A program made the position numbers and the translations under genes. This document shows, piece after piece, positions 1-6,048 of a stretch of DNA of 10,707 nucleotides. The first letter of the stretch is position 1, and every line of letters begins with the position of its first letter. The DNA lies in contig JAJRZD010000008.1 in NCBI GenBank assembly GCA_024275415.1, positions 1 through 10,707 of the forward strand, written 5' to 3'. Source of the stretch: an archaeon. GTDB taxonomy: Archaea > Asgardarchaeota > Thorarchaeia > Thorarchaeales > Thorarchaeaceae. The notes under the pieces were generated by a model. It was not told the origin of the DNA. It saw nothing but the letters and a program-made list of their open reading frames with translations, and did not search any database.

Positions 1-1
1 A

Positions 2-88
2 GATGTTATTGTTCCAGTGCCACCGTCTAACCGAAATTTCCTACAATTCGGAGCGATGACTCCACAATTATTCTTTCTTCTATTGTGA
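2..88 (+). pseudogene. Possible 3' remnant of a phosphoribosyltransferase (ComF/PurF-like) gene running in from the left edge
   Basis: Frame from position 2 reads DVIVPVPPSNRNFLQFGAMTPQLFFLLL*. DVIVPVPPS resembles the D-x-[IV]-[IV]-P-V-P motif of ComF/PurF-type PRTases, but the frame stops at TGA 86-88. Only one short motif is visible. Confidence 0.25.
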
Positions 89-129
89 TTGGTGTCCTAT
101 CTTTCTCGTGGAGCATTATGTGGGCATAC

Positions 130-150
130 TTAAATATGTGGATACACATA
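130..150 (+). promoter_or_regulatory. Archaeal TATA box plus palindromic operator of the vapBC1 operon
   Basis: TTAAATA at 130-136 ends 23 nt before ATG 159, consistent with a leaderless transcript. It overlaps the near-perfect 16-bp palindrome TATGTGGA/TACACATA (135-150, 7 of 8 pairs). Confidence 0.6.
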
Positions 151-158
151 ATATACGT

Positions 159-434
159 ATGGCCAATATAACTCTCTCAATTCCTGATGATGTGCGGGAG
201 CGGATGAGAATGTATCCTGAGATAAAATGGAGTGAGGTCGTACGACGAGCAATTCTGGACTACCTTGACAAGCTCATGGGTAGCGAAACACACGACGTTT
301 CTCATTACACCGCGATAGCAAAAAGGACAGGAGTCGATGTCAATGAGATTCCTCTAGAGGATGCTGAAAAGCACTACAAGAAGATGAGGGAGTTAGAATG
401 GGATCGTCACTCTTCGACACAAACGTCCTCATAG
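159..434 (+). CDS. vapB: Ribbon-helix-helix antitoxin (VapB-like), 91 aa
   Basis: From ATG 159: MANITLSIPDDVRERMRMYPEIKWSEVVRRAILDYLDKL, a typical archaeal RHH antitoxin N-terminus. Overlaps the downstream PIN gene by 37 nt. The GTG 108 start in the ORF track is probably too far upstream. Confidence 0.85.
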   Translation: MANITLSIPDDVRERMRMYPEIKWSEVVRRAILDYLDKLMGSETHDVSHYTAIAKRTGVDVNEIPLEDAEKHYKKMRELEWDRHSSTQTSS

Positions 435-730
435 ACCGTATGCGGGCTGGAATCACGACAATCGCAGGAGCAACCACGATCCTAAACCTGATTGAATTTC
501 CCAAGGCCGTCGCACTAAAAGGTCTTGACATCATCATTCCCGGAAAAGATGACTACGAAAAAGGATTCGAGATGGCACTCCGTCTTCTCAAGGCTGGAAC
601 CCCAATCCCAACAATCGACATCCTTCTTGCTGCCATTGCTGTCAACAGAAGAATGGTGCTGCACACAAAAGATGCTCATTTCAAGCATGTGCAGACCATC
701 TATCAAGAGTTCCAAGTACGTATTGAATGA
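398..730 (+). CDS. vapC: PIN-domain toxin (VapC), 110 aa
   Basis: LFDTNVLID, LIEFP, IPTIDILLAAIA and LHTKDAHF give the four acidic PIN active-site residues (D, E, D, D). Short archaeal VapC type. Confidence 0.92.
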   Translation: MGSSLFDTNVLIDRMRAGITTIAGATTILNLIEFPKAVALKGLDIIIPGKDDYEKGFEMALRLLKAGTPIPTIDILLAAIAVNRRMVLHTKDAHFKHVQTIYQEFQVRIE

Positions 731-771
731 GTATCATAGTTGTTTGATTTGCCAAATCTGCAATGAAATTG

Positions 772-998
772 TCAATCTTCTAGAATCCAGTATGCTTTGA
801 TTGGAATGACTGCTGTGAAAAAGATCCTCCTTAGAGTCAAAATAATTGTATAGGGTCTCATTGGTATACCCAGCATCAAAGTGCAATCTGGTTCACCATC
901 GCTTCAACATATCTTTTCTCAACGAATGCGTGTTCAGCAGCCATGATGATGTTCTCGCGTCTGACTAACCGCTCACGTTGTTTCCGCGCTTCGATGGC
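772..998 (-). pseudogene. Frameshifted TetR/AcrR-family regulator remnant (N-terminal HTH)
   Basis: Minus strand reads AIEARKQRERLVRRENIIMAAEHAFVEKRYVEAMVNQIAL. After a 1-nt frameshift at the A-run 878-880 it continues DAGYTNETLYNYFDSKEDLF, the classic TetR HTH (cf. EAGxSKGTLYxYFxSKEDL). A second shift follows near 817. No start codon remains in frame. Confidence 0.8.
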
Positions 999-1116
999 GT
1001 ATCCAAACCTGCCTTCTCAGACATCATCCTCATGACAATTTTATTTTACTTAAGTACAATTTACTGAACACAAGGACAAGTTTTTCTTTCAAAGCATTTC
1101 GAACCGGCATTAGCCG

Positions 1117-1148
1117 AAAAAAGAGTGTGAGGAGTGGAAAACTCCTCA
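1117..1148 (-). terminator. Stem-loop plus U-tract downstream of dpsL
   Basis: Perfect 8-bp stem TGAGGAGT (1128-1135) / ACTCCTCA (1141-1148) with a 5-nt loop. On the minus strand it is followed after 5 nt by six T (1122-1117). It starts 10 nt after the dpsL stop. Confidence 0.65.
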
Positions 1149-1157
1149 TCATGTGAG

Positions 1158-1712
1158 CTACTCCGGAAGGAACTTCCGAACGAAGGGGGATGTTTCGCCC
1201 TTGCGCATGAAGTGTCCTGATGGTCCCTCGCCAAGGAATTCTGAGAACCATGACTCGTGTTCAACCTCTTCATGGAGAATAGCTAGAGCCAGATCGTATG
1301 TCCTGTGGTCTTTGCCAGCGGTCATGTTGCAGATTGCTGTGTATCCTCTGACGGCACATCTTTCTGCCGCCACGAGCACTCTTAGTATTGCCTGCACATC
1401 TGTTGGATCCTTCGGGAGCTTCGCAGGGGGGCAAGCTGAGATGTCATGGAACTCTACCATGTTCTCTGGTAACTTACCTCCAAGCTCGTAGATGCGTGGA
1501 ATCAGCGCCTCGAAGTGGTTTCGGTCCTCGATACGGGCTGCCTCAGCTATCTCCTTGATGCCCTCTCCTTCGAGCCCTATCAGATTGGCTCGTAATATCG
1601 TGTAATAGTAATATGTCGTCAGCTCAGCAGCTGCATTCTTTACAAGCATCTCCACGAGCTTGTCAACATCAACACCGGCCTTTTCGACCATCTCTCTTGC
1701 GACTTTCGCCAT
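1158..1712 (-). CDS. dps: DPS-like ferritin-superfamily protein (DPSL / thioferritin), 184 aa
   Basis: MAKVAREMVEKAGVDV...AAAELTTYYYY...EDRNHFE...ISACPPAKLP...AERCA...HEEVEHESWF. Shows di-iron ligand pattern (E, ExxH, E, ExxH) and the paired Cys (ACP, ERCA) of archaeal DPSL. ATG 1712 is preceded by an AGGTG RBS. Confidence 0.93.
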   Translation of the reverse strand: MAKVAREMVEKAGVDVDKLVEMLVKNAAAELTTYYYYTILRANLIGLEGEGIKEIAEAARIEDRNHFEALIPRIYELGGKLPENMVEFHDISACPPAKLPKDPTDVQAILRVLVAAERCAVRGYTAICNMTAGKDHRTYDLALAILHEEVEHESWFSEFLGEGPSGHFMRKGETSPFVRKFLPE

Positions 1713-1732
1713 TTTATACACCTTACCTCTAC

Positions 1733-1755
1733 ATAGAAGTAACTTCTATAAAAAG
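1733..1755 (-). promoter_or_regulatory. dpsL TATA box overlapped by a perfect 8-1-8 inverted repeat (candidate Fur/PerR-family operator)
   Basis: ATAGAAGT-A-ACTTCTAT at 1733-1749. Minus-strand TTTTTATA at 1755-1748 overlaps it. Lies in the 87-nt divergent gap between dpsL and the Fur-family gene. Confidence 0.7.
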
Positions 1756-1799
1756 GTTGGTTTAGATACCTTTATTTTATCAAACACCAGCTTTTCATC

Positions 1800-2186
1800 G
1801 TGATCGACTATCTCAAGGATCAAGGACTTCGCCTCACGCCCCAGCGACGTGAACTGTTGAGAATACTCGAGGATCAAGGGAAATACCATCCTTCGTTCTC
1901 AGAGATATGCGAGGCAATGTGGAAGACGCATTCTGGCGTGAGCCAGTCCACTATTCTCAAGAACATGGCGACATTTGAGGAGTTGGGGCTTATCCGTGCT
2001 TTCTCCTTCCGCGGTGAAACGCGCTACGAGCTGAACCGGCACCCACATGTGAACATTCTCGCCAAAGATGGAAGGATCATAGATGTTGAAGATGACGAGC
2101 TGAAACAGATCCTTGAGAACCTTATTGAGAAAGTGAAGCAGAAAACGGGAGTCGATGCGAAGAGCCTGCTTGTTATCATGGAATAG
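1800..2186 (+). CDS. fur: Fur/PerR-family transcriptional regulator, 128 aa, without Cys zinc site
   Basis: GLRLTPQRRELL, HPSFSEI, VSQSTILKNMATFEELGLI, GETRYELNRHPHVNI...GRIIDVED match the Fur-family winged HTH and HxH metal motif. Divergent from dpsL. Confidence 0.9.
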   Translation: MIDYLKDQGLRLTPQRRELLRILEDQGKYHPSFSEICEAMWKTHSGVSQSTILKNMATFEELGLIRAFSFRGETRYELNRHPHVNILAKDGRIIDVEDDELKQILENLIEKVKQKTGVDAKSLLVIME

Positions 2187-2424
2187 GGAACTTGGCATTC
2201 AGCCGTTCTTTCACTTACTACGCCAAGTCGCTGAATGACTCCTCCTCCCTAAGGATTGAAGCCGCGATAGACCTCAATCTGTTATCCAGATATTCTTACT
2301 ACTTCCTTACAAATAAAGTGGATGATAAAGATAATTCATACCAGTGGCATTGAACTATCCCCAACGTTCTGCGGTCGAGATAACTACCATTCAAAGAATC
2401 TTGACATTCATATGGACGTATTTT

Positions 2425-2456
2425 TTTATAAGCTAATGTATACAGATATGTAAACA
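2425..2456 (+). promoter_or_regulatory. TATA box and tandem RHH-type operator of the vapBC2 operon
   Basis: TTTATAA at 2425-2431, then ATGTATACA (2436-2444, containing perfect palindrome TGTATACA) and ATGTAAACA (2448-2456) with a 12-bp period. AGGTG RBS at 2471-2475. Confidence 0.6.
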
Positions 2457-2484
2457 ATAAACGATATTATAGGTGTTGATGTGG

Positions 2485-2721
2485 ATGGGTGTATCCTCAG
2501 TGCGATTGACGGAGGATGAGAAAGCCTTCCTAGAACAGTTGGTCAAAGAAGGGAAATTCAAATCGATAAGTGAGGCTCTGAAGGCGGGTATTTACGAGCT
2601 GATGCGTGATGAGAAACTTGATCAATTGCCTTGGAAAACCTGCGCTGAGGTTCGAGCTTATTTTGCAGACAAAAGGAAAAAGCTGAGGGGTCTTGAGGAT
2701 GTCCACCTCGAAGAGGACTAA
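2485..2721 (+). CDS. vapB: CopG/Arc/MetJ ribbon-helix-helix antitoxin, 78 aa
   Basis: MGVSSVRLTEDEKAFLEQLVKEGKFKSISEALKAGIYELM fits the RHH pattern (xLVxxGxFxSxSEA). Overlaps the PIN gene by 23 nt. Start chosen at ATG 2485 after the AGGTG RBS; ATG 2479 is an alternative. Confidence 0.8.
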   Translation: MGVSSVRLTEDEKAFLEQLVKEGKFKSISEALKAGIYELMRDEKLDQLPWKTCAEVRAYFADKRKKLRGLEDVHLEED

Positions 2722-3214
2722 TCTCTATCTTGAGGCGTCAGCTCTCTGGGAGATGTTCTATGGGGATCCAGGTGACAGTCTTGTTGAACACTGCATCGGT
2801 CATCAGAAAATCCAGTGTACAAGCTCCATTTGGAGTCACTTGGAGATTCATCGTGCAGTCCAGAAGAGGATTAATCAGAATGAACTCACCCGCGATGACG
2901 GAGTTAACCTTTTGAAGTTCATAAAATTCTGCCTTGATGGATTGGTAGCAAGAAGGAAAATAATCGAATTCGAAGTATCAAAAGAACTCATCGAACGGGC
3001 GAAACAATTTATTCCATCCTATAACCTCTTTGCTTCTGATGCATTGCACCTTGCCACCGCGGTATCCAATGGATGCTCAGGTATGCTAGTCGATGATTAT
3101 CATTTCACTCGGCTGGACAAAAAACTCGGTGATGAACTTGACATTGTGATTCTTCACACATCAATGAGCGTTGAACAGCTCCAAGAGGTTTGGAGTGGAT
3201 TGGACACTCCCTAA
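2699..3214 (+). CDS. vapC: PIN-domain toxin (VapC-like), 171 aa
   Basis: LYLEASALW, SHLEIHRA, ASDALHLATA and LVDDYHF form the PIN scaffold; the first acidic residue is Glu. Translationally coupled to the upstream RHH gene. Confidence 0.85.
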   Translation: MSTSKRTNLYLEASALWEMFYGDPGDSLVEHCIGHQKIQCTSSIWSHLEIHRAVQKRINQNELTRDDGVNLLKFIKFCLDGLVARRKIIEFEVSKELIERAKQFIPSYNLFASDALHLATAVSNGCSGMLVDDYHFTRLDKKLGDELDIVILHTSMSVEQLQEVWSGLDTP

Positions 3215-3332
3215 ATGTGCTGCCGTCCCATTGCTCTAGAAAACTGAACACATCTTTGACACTTCTGCTACTGGCCTTCTCATCATCATGCCTGAACAAT
3301 TTTCAAAATCCAAGTTCTTTTTGGAAAATGAA

Positions 3333-3353
3333 AGTACATCTGGTTGATGTACT
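3333..3353. repeat. Perfect 8-5-8 inverted repeat
   Basis: AGTACATC (3333-3340) - TGGTT - GATGTACT (3346-3353), between vapC2 and the 3418 gene. Role as operator or terminator is undetermined. Confidence 0.5.
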
Positions 3354-3417
3354 GGACTTAACACGAAGACCTATGTGGCTCTATGTATTATTATGTCACG
3401 AGATAGGAGTAATTCTG

Positions 3418-4119
3418 ATGGATTTCACTGATGATCTAAGGTCTGCTGAGGAGCGTCTGAGGCAGGCAGAAGCGGAGTTTGTGGCTGGAAATGATGGGAT
3501 AGCTGAACCTTTACTGGTTGAATTGGCGACAGGGGCATTCTCCGCGGATGCCGAAGCAGCACGAGAGCGGATGCAGAACTTGGACGAGTCACGGTATGTG
3601 AAGTGGGATCGATGGGATAAGAGGCACGAATTTTCGGCGTCGTTTTGGACGGACGAAGGATATCCAAGCATTGATACTACCACCTCCCGAGCCAGTAACC
3701 CCGATTGGTATTCGCAACGAACCGGGACTACAATGTTCGTGAGAGACCTGATGATCCCTCGAAAAGTACTAGCACCAACCACTGACGGCGAGCGAAAAGG
3801 GGCTCCGACCCCTTTGGGCAAACCTGCGAACCGATGGCTGCTTGATTTTGTCGCACTCTCTAGCCTGCGACTATCCTTCAAGGATCACTGGGAACAGCTT
3901 GTGCGTGACATTGTGATGAAGCGTCCTCAGACCAATCTGATGCTTGTGGCTGAGCGTCTTGGCCTGACAATTGCAGAGGTCGTCGCCATCGCAAGGAAGG
4001 TCAGGAACCTCGATGATAGGGTGATTGAGCACGACGTGAGTGATCCCAGCAAGAATCTGACATATATCTGTAGGACTCCCGACTCGAGCCTGACCCCGCT
4101 GGTCGACATCCTCTCCTGA
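3418..4119 (+). CDS. Hypothetical protein, 233 aa, with possible C-terminal winged-helix (PCI-like) domain
   Basis: Long GC-richer ORF. ATG 3418 follows an AGGAG RBS; the 76 upstream codons of the ORF track look non-coding. Tail QTNLMLVAERLGLTIAEVVAIARKV...LTYI resembles an HTH/wHTH. Confidence 0.7.
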   Translation: MDFTDDLRSAEERLRQAEAEFVAGNDGIAEPLLVELATGAFSADAEAARERMQNLDESRYVKWDRWDKRHEFSASFWTDEGYPSIDTTTSRASNPDWYSQRTGTTMFVRDLMIPRKVLAPTTDGERKGAPTPLGKPANRWLLDFVALSSLRLSFKDHWEQLVRDIVMKRPQTNLMLVAERLGLTIAEVVAIARKVRNLDDRVIEHDVSDPSKNLTYICRTPDSSLTPLVDILS

Positions 4120-4316
4120 GATTTTCCTCATCTATTTGCAAATCCCACGAAAGAAAAACCTATACCATACTTCCGACATACGGCTGGGCGGCAAATACTA
4201 TGAACGATAATATAACATCAAAATGAACCTCTTACCATGTTCTTCCTTGTCTATTCACGTTTTGGCTTCTGCTCTTGTTTTGCGTTACCCGTTTGGATAA
4301 ACAATCTCCTGACATT

Positions 4317-4934
4317 CTATCGGTTCCTATTCAAGCTAACAGAGCAGTTGATGAATATCAAAAACATAATTGAACTAAATAGAACCTCGGGGAATCTTTC
4401 ACGGTCGAAGAAGAACGCAAGACTACCCATTATGATAACGATCAAGAGAGTTCCTAGTAGGATCTTCCAGTCCATCATAGACTCCTCAATATCCTGCTTC
4501 CGCATAAGGTTCTCATATGCTCGCAAGAAACGACCTCTCATGCATACTCGTAAGATAGCAGATCCGATTAGACTGAATATGAACCCCCAGACTGCTATAG
4601 GAACAAATTCGATTGACACAATGGGCTTAGCATTTCCAAGCAACCATCTGATGACGGTACCAAGTAGATATGTTCCCATAATAAAAGCCGGTGCAATCCA
4701 GAAAGCGCTTTTTCTCACTCGTGCAGGCAATTGTGATGTAACTGCTCTCCGCCCTTGCGATGAAACCGATTGAAAAACTGGTCAGAGCCATGAAGATGAG
4801 GCGAAGAATCGGGTGCGAGTTCTCGACTGAAAAACCACTAATCCCAATATGCATCCCAATGCAAGCATATCTGCCACGAAGATGACGAACATCTCATTCT
4901 GTATATCCTCTCCTTCATATTCGTAATCTTCCAC
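4317..4934 (-). pseudogene. Interrupted multi-pass membrane protein gene
   Basis: GGTGA RBS plus GTG 4934 opens MEDYEYEGEDIQNEMFVIFVADMLALGCILGLVVFQ... This is the same frame as the 137-aa hydrophobic ORF 4730-4317, separated by one TGA at 4784-4782. An alternative frame there gives a hydrophobic helix (ILRLIFMALTSFSIGFIARA), so two compensating frameshifts are also possible. Confidence 0.6.
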
Positions 4935-5137
4935 TTCTCACCAACCAAGAAGACGCCCTAATGAGGAGATAATGAAATGTTTGGCAGGTGCTATCGATTA
5001 CATCTTAGTGCTGGGTGCAGCTGCATGTTCACAGGGAGTATCCTTTTCTATATTGATTTGAACAGACATTCCAGCACAATGAACATTGCGAATGGTCATC
5101 AGAATCGTTTAATAATCAGGAAACTGGGATTGTGGAC

Positions 5138-5341
5138 ATGCCAATCATCGAGGTCAAGATGTGGAAAGGGCTGTCTGAGGACGATGCAGAGAAGATTATT
5201 TCAGGGATAACAAAGGTCTTTGTGGAGATGGGCATCCCTGAACATGCAGTCGGAATTGTCATCCACGAGATTCCAAAAGCTCATTGGGGAATCGCAGGAA
5301 AACCTGCCTCAAAGATGCCGACCGATGCGAAACCTCCGTAG
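5138..5341 (+). CDS. 4-oxalocrotonate tautomerase family protein, 67 aa
   Basis: MPIIEVKMWKG...IT...AVGIVIHEIPKAHWGIAGKPAS. N-terminal Pro after Met removal, and the typical ExxxxxWGxGG-like C-terminal motif. Confidence 0.9.
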   Translation: MPIIEVKMWKGLSEDDAEKIISGITKVFVEMGIPEHAVGIVIHEIPKAHWGIAGKPASKMPTDAKPP

Positions 5342-5495
5342 AGTTCGGCTAGTGATTCACATCAGTCATTTGCTGAGATACAATGAACACTGACATAGTT
5401 CTATATTGTATGCAGCTCGAAACTCATTTGCGCTCAACTCAAGTGGATGGTTGTTGGAGCGGGCTGGTACCCCGCCCTTCCATGTTCACTTCTTC

Positions 5496-5518
5496 ACGCA
5501 TATTATTGAACTTGTCCA
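5496..5518 (+). repeat. 23-nt dispersed direct repeat, copy 1
   Basis: ACGCATATTATTGAACTTGTCCA; 22/23 identical to 8833-8855. Confidence 0.8.
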
Positions 5519-5553
5519 AACTCGTCACCTCCGATTGGAGAAGTCTGGAGTGA

Positions 5554-5849
5554 ACCAGGGAAATAGAGGACGAAATTAAAGAAAAGGACATGCATACAAA
5601 AGTCCAATTCGAGTTATTGAAAAATGGAAATGCCCTCGGCTATGATGTAATTGCAGCTGTTAATGACCATTAAAATCATATGACGGGAAGAAATTCTCAT
5701 TCCTTTCATTACCAAAGCTACCAGAAATGAACATTGACCCAACTGTCATGAGAACCATTGACCTTATTGATATGATATGGTTCGAAAAAGGAACCAATCA
5801 AGCAGTATGTGCTTTCGAAATTGAAAAAAGTACGACTATTTATTCTGGA
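5554..5849 (+). pseudogene. Internal fragment of a PD-(D/E)XK-like restriction-endonuclease-type gene, frameshifted and 3'-truncated
   Basis: EIKEKDMHTKVQFELLKNGNALGYDVIAAVND, then a frameshift near 5670, then KSYDGKKFSFLSLPKLPEMNIDPTVMRTIDLIDMIWFEKGTNQAVCAFEIEKSTTIYSG. The ID(x)IW...AFEIEKS pattern fits a PD-(D/E)XK core. Homology stops abruptly at 5849. Confidence 0.65.
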
Positions 5850-6028
5850 AACCACGGGATCTAACAAGCAAATCTGCTATTGAATTCTATTTCAAGGCAC
5901 TCGAAGAGGGATTATTCTTCTATATCACTGGATTCTACTCCAATGTGCTTCATATTGTACCACCTCTAACTATCACTCCTGACCAAGTGGATGAAGCAGT
6001 TGATTATGGAGATAATTCTGATGGTTAA
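5849..6028 (+). pseudogene. C-terminal remnant of a class III PLP-dependent aminotransferase
   Basis: KPRDLTSKSAIEFYFKALEEGLFFYITGFYSNVLHIVPPLTITPDQVDEAVD matches the xALExGLxxxxxGxxxNVIRxxPPLTIxxEExDEA tail of GabT/ArgD-type enzymes. No start codon or N-terminal part. Confidence 0.8.
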
Positions 6029-6048
6029 TATTCCTCCTGTCAGTGCAC

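Noticed and set aside
340-2198. Small overlapping ORFs 340-537, 515-715, 525-800, 1030-1251, 1061-1273, 1153-1491, 1899-2198
   Set aside because: Overlap better supported genes (vapBC1, dpsL, fur) or the terminator, and have no recognisable motifs.
2186-2400. Minus-strand reading EYLDNRLRSIAASILREEESFSDLA**VKERLNAKFPIP as a further pseudogene
   Set aside because: Protein-like, but I cannot assign a family; needs a translated search.
3190-3417. N-terminal 76 codons of the 309-aa ORF and minus-strand ORF 3105-3299
   Set aside because: Region contains AT-rich regulatory-like sequence, and a clear RBS precedes ATG 3418. The minus ORF has no assignable motif.
4237-4773. 178-aa plus-strand ORF
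   Set aside because: Antisense shadow of the hydrophobic minus-strand membrane gene; no motifs.
5496-5518. 23-nt repeat containing ATTGAAC as a CRISPR repeat
   Set aside because: Only two copies 3.3 kb apart, no regular spacers and no cas genes.
5430-5530. Minus-strand GGAGGTGA RBS followed by TTG and a 26-aa ORF (MDKFNNMREEVN...)
   Set aside because: Too short to support, and the second repeat copy lacks the RBS and stops after a few codons.
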